Below, piece after piece: positions 25,733-37,499 of a DNA stretch of 64,000 bases. The stretch is from Klebsormidium nitens. Lineage: Eukaryota; Plantae; Klebsormidiophyceae. The stretch lies in contig DF237220.1 of NCBI GenBank assembly GCA_000708835.1, forward strand, positions 1-64,000. The letters run 5' to 3'. Under the pieces are notes generated by a model that made no database searches, was not told where the DNA came from, and worked only from the letters and a program-made list of their open reading frames with translations. The translations under genes and the position numbers were made by a program. Within the stretch, counting starts at the first letter, position 1. Each line of letters begins with the position of its first letter.

Positions 25733-26122
25733 CCCCCGTTGCTTGGGTTCGCATCTGTCCTCTTTTAAATGCAACTTCTGATTTTGACACACTGCAATTC
25801 TCATCAGTGGATTCGTGGATCATCTTTAGTACTTTCTCGCCGTTGCTTCTCCTTTTTTCTCCCCCAATGCTTCCTCTGGGCTCGGAATTTGTACGTCGCA
25901 TTGCTCGTGCATTGCTCAGTTCATTGGCTCCTTTCAGGCCCCAATGTGCCATACATAAGCTTAATTTTGGCGTCGCATTTGCAAATTCGTCCAATTCGTG
26001 GGTCCCAGCTAGCCATACCAGTGTCGTGCCGTGATGAGTCGAGGCTGTGCCGTGTCGGGTGCGCTCAACATATGCAGTCGAAGCGAAAAAGCATGACATC
26101 CGTTCTACGGACGTCTACAGCA

Positions 26123-26159
26123 CACCTTGTGGTCGAGGGTTCGAGCCCCTCCTCCGGCG
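26123..26159 (+). pseudogene. 3' half of a tRNA-like sequence (Lys/Asn-like); 5' half absent
   Basis: CACCTTGTGGTCGAGGGTTCGAGCCCCTCCTCCGGCG. It has a perfect T-arm (GAGGG/CCCTC with TTCGAGC loop), variable loop TGGTC, an acceptor 3' strand, and TTTT about 10 nt downstream. It closely resembles the 3' half of plant tRNA-Lys(CTT) as I recall it. No D-arm or anticodon was found. Confidence 0.5.
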
Positions 26160-26219
26160 GATTTATGCTTTTCCCATTCGATCCAGATCCGGTGCTGTCC
26201 CACGTGCAGCTAGCTGCCG

Positions 26220-27060
26220 CCACATATTAGACCTAGCTCAACATCACGGTCGCCTACGTATATTGCACGCCTGGCCGGCCTACTAATTTGTGCAGCGACG
26301 GTATAGCATGCAGGCTAGTCGGGCTTGATTTCTGTGGTGTCGGAAGCCTGCTCATTGTATCAGACCGGCCGGCATGAAACGCGTGGCGTCATGTATAAAT
26401 TGTACAATGAAATATGAATTGTACGTATAAATCTTGCTCAGTCCGACTCCTCTGTGTTCGAGATCTCCTAGCTCTCAGTACGTCCAGCTTGGCAAATCGC
26501 AATCTCCGATATATATGCGAAGGAGACTCGAGAACATCATCCTATGATAGCAGATTAGTAGATTAGCAGATACATATATAAAGCTAGGTTAGAGAGCTCC
26601 CCGGCCGGCGAGCGCACAGCGTTCGTACGTCATATCATGCAGTAGCTTCCCTCAGACCCGGCCCGGCCCGGTATAGTAGAAGGGTACCGTACGGCCGCAT
26701 TCAAGAAGGAAAACAGGCCGATCGAACCGAGGGCAACGACAAGTTAGTGACACGTGCACTGGCAGTGCACATCATGTTCGTTTATGTATGCCATGAGAAG
26801 GCCCGCGATGGCCCAGCCTGGTGGCCGGTCGGCTATGGCGTTCAAAAGAGATACAGGCTTATGTAAGTAATTTAATTTAGGCTCGCCGAATAATTCAAAC
26901 GACAATCTAAATAAGATGCTGCTGCCATGGCCAGCCGGCCACCTGCAGCCTGTAGCTTATGGCAGTCCATCGTACGTCATTATGGCATCAGGAGATCGTT
27001 GTTCAATTGGTGCTTAGAAAAGAGGCCCGTACCAGAAAGCATTGACGCGTAGCTCACAGA
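26220..27060. other. Palindrome-rich convergent spacer 3
   Basis: GGCCGGCC, CCGGCCGG, CGTACG, GTGCAC, AGATCT, GGTACC and TATATA clusters. Assessed by eye. Confidence 0.7.
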
Positions 27061-27174
27061 GGTTAAGTGCTGTTATCACTGACGGTGGCGAGCTTTGATG
27101 AAAAGACGAGCAATCTGCATGAATCAGGTCGTTGCCGTTAAAGCATCGCTGACCATCGATCTGAACTGCCACGT

Positions 27175-29574
27175 TCAGCGATTGCGCCTCGAACTCTCTG
27201 ACACGTCTTTTCTGCCTTTACCAGGACCTTCCTCGCCGTGACTCCTGTCATAGTCCCGCCGTTCTTTTCCGTGCCCGCTGCGCCCATTCCGCTCTCTGTC
27301 CGGACTGTCTCGGCTGTATCTCCTGTTCGTGCTGTCCCTTCCGCTGCTCCTCTCGTGGTCCACGCCAGTGCTCTCGCTTGGCCTGTCATCACGCCCCCTC
27401 CTATTCCCCTCGCCAGCCTGTCTCTGGCTCCGGCCGTCACCCTCCCGGTCTGCCTTGCTGGTTTGCTGTCTTCCCCGCTCCCTGTCTCCAGCCCTTGCGC
27501 TGTTCATCTCCTCCCCACGTGGACCAGCGCCCGTGTTTTCCTCTGCAGCATGCCTCTCCCTGTCCCCCCGGTGCCTCTTTGGCGAGCGCCCCCGGTCGTC
27601 CTCCCGCCCCCCTGCTCCGTCTCCCCTTCGCTTCTCATGCCGATGTCCTTCCCCGTCCTTTTGCCCCTTGTCCTCCTTTCTCGATCTTTTCACGTCTACA
27701 TTATCTGCCAGCATAGAGAACAGCCCCCCTTCCCAAGGCAAGGCCGCCCCTCCTCCCCCCGTTCTCATACGCGGGGCTTCCTCCTGCGGTGTGCCCCCCG
27801 GTGGGGCCCGCGGAGGCCCCATGCTCCCCTTCATAGGAGGTGCCTCGTCCTTTCGAAACCCATACCCTGGCGTCTGGCCGTTCTCCGCCCTTGGCGCATT
27901 ACCCGGATGCTTGTCGCTGCGCCAAGTCGACTTCGACTCCAGCTCTTCCTTGGGTCCCCACGTCTTGGAATTTCGCTGCACCAGGACACAGAGCCTTTGG
28001 TTCCTCGGACTTGGTGACCTTCCCCACAATGAGCACCCTTGAAAGAGCAGGAAAATGGAAGATCGAACAGGTTTTGTCATCCTCACTGGCTCTTCTCAAT
28101 CTCGAGATCCTTGGCATCCTTGAGGGAGCCAGGGCCAGCTTTATCCGCAGCCGCTGCTATGTGCGCAGTACAATCCGCTTGACGAGCACAGGAACAACGG
28201 CGCAGGCTGCCTGACCACGGTGCGTCACCTGTTCGTCATGCGAGAAGCGGCAGGCGCTGCCGCGGGTGCACTCGCCCCTCTGGAACGCATAGCACACCTG
28301 GAGGAAGCAAGGGAAGTCGCGTTAGCATGTATGCACTCTTGACTTGACCAACCAGATACAAAAATGGACATCATTGGCACAAGGTATGAGCAACGAGTGC
28401 AGCAAATGTTTGGATACAATTTGATGGCTTCATGTTTTGAAAAGTCTGGCAGAGGTTGTTCCGAACAAGTCGAAACAACTGAACAAGCACATAAGTGAAG
28501 GACTTTCTGAACTTCAAACATCAGTTTTGACCAATCCATGCCATGTCAGCAACCTGTCAAGATCAGACTATCAAATTTTATAAAGAGATACTAGCACAGC
28601 ATGAACTCATCCCCAATGAAAAAAAACAACTTCCGCTCCCTACATCTCGAAGAGATTGGCTGCTTGTTTACCATTACTTAAAAGGCATCAGCTGTTGTCC
28701 AACACTTGATCAGTTGACAAGCATAGCTCACCCCCCTCTCCTCCCGCGCCGCGTTCCTCTCGTCCTCGTCCTCCTCCTTCTTGCGCTTGTAGTTTGCGAC
28801 GTGGTCCACGCGCACGATGCGCCCCGCCACACGTGCTCCATTCAGGTTGTCTGCACGCACCGCATCAACCAGTGACGCGATTGGAGGGCAGTGGCCAGAA
28901 ATGCAGCAGCCAATAGACACTTGGCCAGTTGAAGAACCAAAGCAAAGGCAGCGTAGTTTTGAAGTTGCAACTGAAACTGAAAGGTTGAGAAGATCCTCAT
29001 GAACAACAGTGCCAGAGGGCGTCTGCAGAGTGTGCCAGCGGGTGGACATAGCTTGATGAAGGAGGGATGACAGGCAGACCAACCTACAGCCAGCACCGTG
29101 CTCCGCTGATCCTCGTATGCAAGAAAGGCAAAACCTTTGGACTTGCCGGAGTCCAAATCACGAACAAGGTTGACATCCATGATCTCCCCATACCTGCACA
29201 TGTGAAACAGTACACAAGTGCGTTTGCTTCGGTCAGAGATTCCGCAGCTTTTGTGGGGGCTCGAGTGGACCGGTAGTACACCCCGCGGGGTACCCTCATT
29301 TTCCAAGGCTGCACGACGCAGTTTCCGCTAACGCAAGAAAAACCCAGGGGGCGAGACAGTCTGCAGCTTAAGGACGGCTTGGAGAAGAAGTGTCCACTCA
29401 CTGTGCGAAGACGGCTAAGAGGTCCCCCTCCGTTAACTCATAGCCCAGACCTCCGGCGAACACATACGCTGAGTCCTTATACTTGGCATGCCAGGACGCA
29501 TTGTCAGACAGGCCTGCGGCGACTTCCTGGGCACTGATTTTCTGGGTGTTCTTTATCTGGGTCAACGGATTCAT
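27175..29574 (-). CDS. RBMX2: RBMX2/IST3(SNU17)-like RES-complex splicing factor: RRM + CCCH zinc finger + charged tail, 5 exons
   Basis: MNPLTQIKNTQK...SWHAKYKDSAYVFAGGLGYELTEGDLLAVFAQ|YGEIMDVNLVRD...GKSKGFAFLAYEDQRSTVLAV|DNLNG...RVDHV. The CCCH finger is VCYAFQRGECTRGSACRFSH. Confidence 0.94.
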
Positions 29575-30208
29575 GTTTGGGTCTGCATAAATCAAACTAG
29601 TGCTTCTCGAGAGATAAACCACACTGGCACTTTTGACGGGCTGCTTGTCGTCCTTGAAAAGATCCTAATCCTCAGTTGATGTATCCGAAGAGCCAGTCCT
29701 TTATGATCGGGTTCTGTCAACAATGACAAGGAGCTTTAGTTGCTTCGTAGAAACTTGAGGATTACTATGGAAACAAACGAACTTCAACTCTGTAGCCGTG
29801 ATCTGTCCAGTCAGCAACCTTCTTGAAGAAAAAGCTTCACCCTCAAGCGTCGTTGTAAACTTAAATACCAATAATCTGCCAGCACCCGCACTGGTCTGGC
29901 GTGTGAGTAGGGGTGAGGAACACTGGCAGTACGAAAGCTCTGCTCAGCTGTGGCAAACGGCGCACGAGCTGCCTTTGAAAGCGCTGCCAACCATTGGCAT
30001 TGGCATCATGGTGCTCTAGTTAACAATATTGAAATGAGCTAGAGAAGATGCATGTGGCTGCTACCTGCATATGCCCCATGGTGCCTACTGGGTACCTGGT
30101 TTAGAGTGTCGGTTAGCTCTTACCCTAGAGGAAACCGTTTCGGATGTTCCGGAACCCCGTAAGTCTGAACTCTACAATCTTGTTCTGAGAGACTGGGACA
30201 GGCTTTAA

Positions 30209-30371
30209 CCTACCGTATTTACTAACCATATACAGCTTCTTCCGAGCAACCTGCTAGTTTTAGTGTCATCTAATCTAGACTAATTTCACTCACAAACAGA
30301 CCGACTAAGTTACACTTATATTTTCACTAAAACTAGCAGGTTGCTCGGAACTAGCTGTATCCTACCGTAGG
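30209..30371. mobile_element. 163-bp fold-back MITE-like element flanked by TTAA (piggyBac-type signature)
   Basis: TTAA at 30205-30208 and 30372-30375. Termini are CCTACCGTA and TACCGTAGG (one mismatch). A perfect 26-bp inverted repeat spans 30240-30265 and 30325-30350, and TACAGCT/AGCTGTA also pairs. Confidence 0.65.
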
Positions 30372-31293
30372 TTAAGAATTAGAAAATTTAACGAGCCCTT
30401 GCAGGTGCCAGTGGTTCCATGCAAATTCACATTTGCATGATTTGGCAAGCCAAGTTCTGGCTTTCGCTCAGGCCCTGGCCCTGGGCCCGGGGCCTTTCAA
30501 GTTTCAGTTCCACTGTTCCAGAATCAAATGCTTTCAAATGCTGAAGTTGGAAGCAGTGCACAGGTATAACCCGTCTGAGCAGCTTGGCAGCTTGCTGATG
30601 CAGCAGGATGGCGCACTCAGCAATGCATACCTTGTCCGGAGCAGGGCAGCTGGTGACCACTACTCATCGCTGGGGGGCATTGCAAAGTGGCTTCACTGGC
30701 AGTGAGAGGCTTGGAGGTAAGAAAGCCTCAGCTCGAGAAAAATTCTGCTCGCTCGCCACGTCGACCAACTATGAGAGCGGCTAGTCTTCAATGGACTGCC
30801 AGTAGCTTTCAGAGGACACATTTGTTCGATCCTAGCACCTTTTCACCGTGTGTGAGCCCCTCAGGCCAGACTGCATGCAAGCAGACTGCCAGGGGTAAGC
30901 TGTATTGCATTCAACTGCCTTTGTCTCGCCAGGCATATCGACAACTTGCCCATTCAATCCTTTCACCGGCAGAATCATGCCATCATTTGAGCATGTGCCG
31001 CTTCAATTGTGGCCTACTTAGAGGAGTGCCTACTTAGAGGAGTGGTCCACTTAGAGGATGTTAGTTCTGAGGGGCCAGTGTGATGGGCTTAATTCAATTG
31101 CAGAGTTGAGCCGGGGCAGGACTGGCCCCAGGTCTTTGAAAAGGCTTACACCCTTGTATCAATGAAGCATGGTCTTTCTGTAAATGAGCTGCATCAGAGT
31201 CTTCCCATAGGGGGTCAAGGTGTGCAATGCTGCCACTAGATGAACTTGAGAAGGTTCTTTTGTTAGTTGATTGACTTTTGGAGATGTCCATGA

Positions 31294-32933
31294 TTGGTGA
31301 GCCGTCCCCTGCAAGGTACACCATTCCTCTGCCGGACACAGAGACGAAGCTTGTCACGGGCCAGGCATTGGTTTCCTTGTCGGGCGTCTGCTTCGGAAGT
31401 GGAGCATGGTGCCCTCCCGGTGGGGCGGCGACTAGTGTCGACCGGAGCGCTTTTTGCAGCCCTGGCAGGTAAACACCCCTGTTGGTGCAAGCATTCCATA
31501 ACGTTAGCGGGCGCCTATGCAACTAGGCCATCTACAAGCGCCTGTTCTGTTTGTGCATGTGGAGGTGCCCCGCTGCCATCCTTTCTGACCGCGGCGAGTT
31601 ACTTATCTACGATGTCGGCTGCCAGGTGCATCTATTGGGGCCCAGCCCGCATCAGCAGCATCTAGAGCCAGGGCCGCGGTGAGCATTGGTCACTAACCGA
31701 GAAAGTTCAAGTGCTCTCAGAATGTGGGCCTGTCAGTGAAGGAGTTGAGGGCATACAAAGCAGGACCTTCCATGTGCCAGCCACTGGTTTTAAAGGTAGT
31801 ACAAGGTGTTGTCTTCATCATCCAATCAAGACTGATTACTGCAGGTCTGTTTACAACATGCTATTTCTGACAGGCCATACTTGAAGTGGTTGTATGTATG
31901 TGTCTTTTTATATGTTTGAATTCAAGTATACCTGTGTTTGCAGAGAAACGTCAAAGTGCCCGAGGACCAGTATACAACTCTCCCAAATGGCTTGAAGTGA
32001 GGTGTTCTTTGTCTCCGTTTCTGCTTTCTTCATTCTCTGAGTAGGACTATAGAACTTCTGTCAAGAACCGTTAGGCCTGGCTTTGACCAAAGATTCGAGT
32101 GTGCTTCCTAGGGAGGTTCTATTTCCGCGGCACTTTAGCAAGCTCTCTTGGTTTAGTTTTGGCAAGTGTAATAGTTTATTGGAGGTCTGTGTTCCGCACA
32201 GTCTATCGGTCGGCTTGGTGGCGAATGTAAGCCTTCTGGACATTCCTTGCAGAATTTTTGATGTAACGGTCGGTTCTGGAGCAACCGCAACGAAGGGAGA
32301 ACGGGTGGCAGTGCACTACGATGTCAAGTGGAAGGGGGTCACCTTTTCAACGAGCCGCATGGGGCAGGGAGTAACAGGTGGCACGCCTTATGGGTTTGAC
32401 GTAGGGGCTTCTGAAACCGGACTGGTGTTGAAAGGTCTAGACTACGGGGTTGAAGGTATGCGAGTTGGAGGTCAGAGGAAGCTCCTCATCCCCCCAGAGT
32501 TGGCATATGGCAAGAGAGGAGTCCAAGAGATTCCACCTGATGCAACCTTGGAGGTTGACGTTGAGTTGCTGAGCATCAAGAAGAACGCCTTTGGGTGAGT
32601 AACTCGGTTCCTCCTTGTTTTTTGGATCCTCTGCACTTGCAAGGCTCGAGACATCTATTCGACTAGCTATAAATGCTCCGGATTCAGCCCTTGGCATCAT
32701 ACAACATCTTCAATCCATTTATGACTCCTAGGATGGTTTTGTTGACGTTCAACATCTTTATGATTCTGTTGTTTGAGAATCTTGATGTTACCATAAGTTC
32801 TCAAACTTTTCCAGGTTTTGCCCATTGGTGACAAATAGAGATTCGGTTATCGAGCCTTTTCTTGAAAATTGCATTTCTTGAGCTTTTAAGTTTTGCCACA
32901 TGCAGGACGCAAGTGAAACTTGTGGAAGGGTAG
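31294..32933 (+). CDS. FKBP16-4: Thylakoid-lumen FKBP-type peptidyl-prolyl isomerase FKBP16-4; start codon not resolved
   Basis: Transit-like region with a twin-Arg motif (GRRLVSTGALFAALA). Then RNVKVPEDQYTTLPNGLK|IFDVTVGSG...VAVHY...TPYGFDVG...VLKGLDYGVEGMRVGGQR...PPELAYGKRGVQEIPPDATL and terminal GTQVKLVEG* (exon 32906-32933). Confidence 0.9.
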
Positions 32934-33650
32934 GCGAAACAGTTCTTATGCGGGACTGAGTCATTGTGCAAGGGTTGCCATAAAAGGTTCCTGCTGCTCC
33001 AGATGTACATCCAACCCAAACAAAACCTTGAGATGTTGCCTTTGAAAGCGTCGTTGTTTTGGTGTTCCAAAAAATCTACAGTTTGAAACCATTCCGAATC
33101 TTGTTACTCCTCTTTATATCACCCTATCAAGCTTGAAGGGGAGCTTGATGAGTCGTGGAACTTCATGCGTATGCCAATATGCGGCTTTGGATGCTAGCCA
33201 ACCCCTCACAGGTGATCTTCTCATGACATGTACCGGCCGGTGGTTGAAGTCGAAGGTTTCGCACATGTTCACATGTGCCATTTGGTGATCGTGTTGCCTA
33301 ATGGATGTTATATCATGTTACTCTGTGCACGTTGCAAGATGTCGTAATCAAAATTCATGAGCATTGTAATGTGTAGCGTCGTGCTGGCCTAACGTCATGC
33401 CAAGAAGTGAACTATTTATCTGCATAAGCAAATCGTGCACCCTCGCGGCCACGATGATCTCTTTTCGTACTCGACGATGCGGCCCCCGCCTTCTCGAGTG
33501 GAATGTCGGGTGGCCGCCATGAATCTTGGTAGCCAAAGTCTGAGTCGATCGTCGATTTAAGGAGACCCTCATCCGACGGCCCAGGCGGAATCTACTACCC
33601 GGTATCACTTGATTGCAGCATCGACCGTCCACATACTTCTCGGTTTCTGG

Positions 33651-33818
33651 TTGACTTCGGGCATGTTAACTAAGGACTGTGCTCGGAGGGAAAACAAAAT
33701 TACAAATTTTAACCCTAGAAATGACAGGCTCGGCACCCGTACCCACCCTAACCACCAAACGACCAAACCAACCCCACCCGTACCCCGGGCCCCTTCCTTA
33801 ATCAAGTGGCCCAGCCAA
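33651..33818. mobile_element. Degenerate fold-back element, copy A (G-rich core on the minus strand)
   Basis: Imperfect inverted arms at 33651-33676 and 33795-33818 flank a C-rich core containing CACCCTAACCACC (33744-33756). Layout resembles copy B near 46.2 kb. Confidence 0.4.
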
Positions 33819-34026
33819 TTTTCGCGTCCACGTGTAGTGGCTCGATCTTTCACACCAGACTTTATATTCTCTTGCTTTGGTGTAGTTTCTGGGTAAGACG
33901 TGCCTGGTGAAGCTTGTTTTGGGGCATTTAACCAGGCACTACGGTAACCAGGTTCTGAATATTTAATATGGAAACACACAAATCCACCTTGGCATGGTGT
34001 TAAAACGTCGTGCTGCTTCACAAACT

Positions 34027-34047
34027 GGCGGGAAATTTGAATTTGAA
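34027..34047 (+). promoter_or_regulatory. E2F site followed by two CHR-like elements upstream of HMGB6
   Basis: GGCGGGAAA (reverse complement TTTCCCGCC) is immediately followed by TTTGAA TTTGAA, about 480 bp upstream of the ATG of a chromatin gene. Confidence 0.45.
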
Positions 34048-34525
34048 TATTTGCTTTTTATCTGTAGACTCTACTGTAGAGTTGCATGGAGTCTGGCCCA
34101 TCTCCACGTGACTCAGGATGAAGTCGGAGTGACGATGATGCATGAGACTCCTTAGGGCGGCAATTTGAGTTGGGCAGTGCCAAGCATTGAGCAAATGCTG
34201 GGAGCAATGCTTTTGAAGACAATTGCTGGACACCATGCTCCAACCTGCAGACCACCGGTACCTTTGAAACTGCCTGATTGATCGACTGGGGAAACCTCAG
34301 ACATAGAAGGGCAGGCGCCAGGAGGCAATCCTTTGCGGACACAGCTGCTCTGGGTCATTCAGTTCATTTTGACCAGGGCAAAGAGCCACATTCCTGTGTT
34401 GAATCGAGGTTGATGCACAACACCAACAGTTGACTTGGTGAGAGAGCAGGCAGAATACTGCATGTGCTGAGGTTTCTATGTTGAAAAGCGAGACTTGCTG
34501 AAAATACCTGCAAGACTGGGGCACA

Positions 34526-37032
34526 ATGAAAGAAGCAGCAGATGGGGATAATTCTGCTGTAACGACGAAAAAGCGAGTACTGGAGGACATTGATGGAGCA
34601 ACCCAACTACTGAAACGCGGGCCCGGTGGTAGCAGCTTCATGACTTGGTAAACTCCTTGTACTTACCGAAAAAAATTAGGCTTTGGCAATCTGTCAAGCC
34701 GTAATAGCTGAGCGATTTTCATAGAAAACCTTTCTACGCTCTGCCAGTTAAGTGAAGATTGCATCGAGAAGAATTCTTTAGCAACAGTATGTTGCCGCAA
34801 AGCATGTGCCAGTGTTTGACCACCAGTGCAGCGCAATTGTGGCGCAGAACCAACTATACCTAACCCAGTGGATGCCTGCATGATTTGAACTTTGTTTTTA
34901 CTGATCCTGAGGGGTTGAATAGCGCTTGCAGCTGGCAGGAGACCTTGTGTAGCCAGATAGTTGATATGCTGCCTTTGTTCAGGCTTGCGCTGCTAACCTA
35001 CTTACTGTTGGTCATGCTTTCAGCGACAATTGCCAGAAGAATATTGCATGTGCAATCTTTGATCTTCATCGATGCGGTGATGCAAAGCTCAGAGAGGAGC
35101 AGATTGGTAAGTACCTGCTTGACAGTAAACCAGGTGTTACAATCTGATCACTGCAGTTCACAACATCCCCGTATCCTGCTGCTCACAAAGATTGAGGGTA
35201 GCAAAACTGCAGTTCACAACATCCCCGTATCCTGTTGCTCACAAAGAGTGAGGTTGGCGAAAAGCAGAAATGTGCAATGGTGCTGCTGAAAGGGATCCCC
35301 CTCCAGTCATTCGTTGCTGGATACGTTCTACACGGATATGCTCACGGCTGTCTTCCCTGACCTGAAGCCCTCTGACAGGTTCTTTTCTTTCTTCAGCGCG
35401 GTGGGCCAAAGCTGATATGGAACACAAGAAGAGAATCCTAGAGTAAGTGGCGCTGGAGATATCGTCTGAGGCTCAACAGCTATGCTGAAGTCATCCCGCT
35501 GCTTTCTATAAGGGGAGTTGCTGCATAAATCATTTGCTCCTCACTAGCAACAGAATGGAGATTTCAAGCTGAACTTTTGTGTACCTGCAGAGAACAAAAA
35601 CGGCTCAAGGACAGCAATGGGAAAGCTGACAAGCAGCGCAAGGTCCCTGAGAAAGAGTCCAAGAAACTCGCAAAGAAAGAGAAGGAGGCCCGAGATCCAA
35701 ACCTGCCGAAGAAGCCACCATCGAGCTACATGTTGTTCATGTGAGCAACTTGCTCATATTCACAGTTTTCCCGTTATTGAGCTGGTCACCGAGGGGATCA
35801 AGATGTGCAGCGAGTCCGCATACTGTACTGCACGCGGCATGGTATGTCTGGCTACGCGGGGCACCGCAAAGAAAACTGTACGAACGTGAACTTAGACAGG
35901 TCATGGGCCGAAACCTGCGACGCTTGTGGTTTTGGGGAGATATAACGTCTGATTTCACCATGGCATGCAGGAACGACTTCAGGCCAAGATTTAAGGAGGA
36001 GAATCCAGATGTTCGGGGCGTAACAGAGGTTAGTTGAGCTTTGGATGTTGAATCTTTCATGAATTGCGCACGTTACAGCTCTAGCACTCGAGTTTCTAGA
36101 AAACTGGCAGCTTCTTCCGTCTGTTGGGTTCCTTTCTTGGAAGCATGCCTTTTGGGGAACGTCCATTTCAATGCAGGACCAGGTTGAAGCCAGTAACCAC
36201 AAGTGAGATCAACTGATTGCACGATCTTCTTCTCTCTTATTCCTTTCTTCGTACTCTCTATCTCCTCCCCTTCTTCATCCCCGGCTGCTCAGTTCCTATC
36301 TGGCTGTTGAGCTTGCAAGTTCATGACAAATCAAAGCCTCAGTTTGAAACTTGAAGCAGTGTGCCATAGTTCTTCAGTAGACTGCCTTACTTTGGGCAGA
36401 GACAGGCTGCCGTTTGCAAGAAGAATTCGTCAGCAATTCAGGTCAGCTTTTCTTGGAGTTCGCTAGTGCGTCGGAAACAAAGACATGATGGACCTCACTG
36501 TGGGACGTGCCTGACCAGACTTTCTGGCCTGATTTTGAACGGGGAGCCTGTAATTTGCAGGGAGCAAAAGCTGGTGGGGCAAGGTGGAAAAGTATGTCAG
36601 AGGAGGAGAAGAAGCCCTACATGGAGGAAGCAGCCAAACTGAAGGCTGCATATGCAGAGCAAATACGACTCTTCAAAACGTCTAAGGTGAGCCGGCAACC
36701 TCAAGAAATCTGAGCCGATTGATCATCCTAAAGCGGGTATCAAGAGTTGTTTTTAAGCAGCTGCACAAAGAAGTTGATTGGTTGGACTAAGCAGCCTTGG
36801 CCGAAACTCATTGTTCAAGCATGCTGAATATGCAACAGGTCCGTACTAGAGGATACTCACCGTCAAAAAGCAATAACTTTTCTTTGTTTGACTATTTGAT
36901 CTACCATCGATCAACACAAAACCTCTCTTGTCATGTCAGGGCTTGCCAGCTCCTGAGGACGAGAAGGAAAATGCAACTCCCGAGCCTGCCCTGGAGGACA
37001 GGGACGAGCAGGAGCCAGTGGCCGAAGCGTAG
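34526..37032 (+). CDS. HMGB6: HMGB6-type protein: N-terminal CxxC-x11-HxC motif + HMG box + acidic tail, 7 exons
   Basis: Exons 34526-34647, 35024-35106, 35397-35442 and 35591 onward are in phase. They give LKRGPGGSSFMTCDNCQKNIACAIFDLHRC (cf. Arabidopsis At5g23420 LRRAKDGSAFALCEGC...MHNC) and PNLPKKPPSSYMLFM|NDFR...GARWKSMSEEEKKPY. TAG at 37030-37032. Confidence 0.9.
35150..35261. repeat. Two-copy 56-nt tandem duplication in HMGB6 intron 2
   Basis: ACTGCAGTTCACAACATCCCCGTATCCTG(C/T)TGCTCACAAAGA starts at 35150 and again at 35206. Confidence 0.9.
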
Positions 37033-37499
37033 TCGAAGTTGTGAGCTTGGTGGGTACGCTTCCATCATACTCTCTCCAGGCCGTTGTGCGGGTGCTTTAC
37101 CTCGGTCAGTTCTCAACGTTATATGTTACGTTACAAATCGAACGCTGTGTTGGAATTTCTGACGCCTATGGGCTCTCGACAGCGGGTGAGTTGTGCTTTG
37201 CAGGTCGAATATTGCACTCGCTGAATTCTCGACGTTTTGGCCATAAGCCGTTTGTCTCTGCTTTTGAGGACTTACCAACAAAAAGGTGACACGTTAGCGG
37301 TGCCACTTAGCTTGATGTCTTTCGGCAGATTCCAGCCCTCATTGGAACACAAAATTGACACCGTATATAGCCCGTTCCTAGCAGGTATACACGACAGTTT
37401 GTGCATGGCTTCTTGCACATCACGATGTGATCGGACAGGGTCCTGTCACTACTTGTAGCTATCAGCCTCTCAAACGGCTGTGATGTAAAAGATGTAAAA

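Noticed and set aside
26180-26260. CTAGCTCA downstream of the tRNA 3' half as a permuted-tRNA 5' half
   Set aside because: No GCCGGAG acceptor strand, D-arm or anticodon-stem partner (CAAGG) surrounds it.
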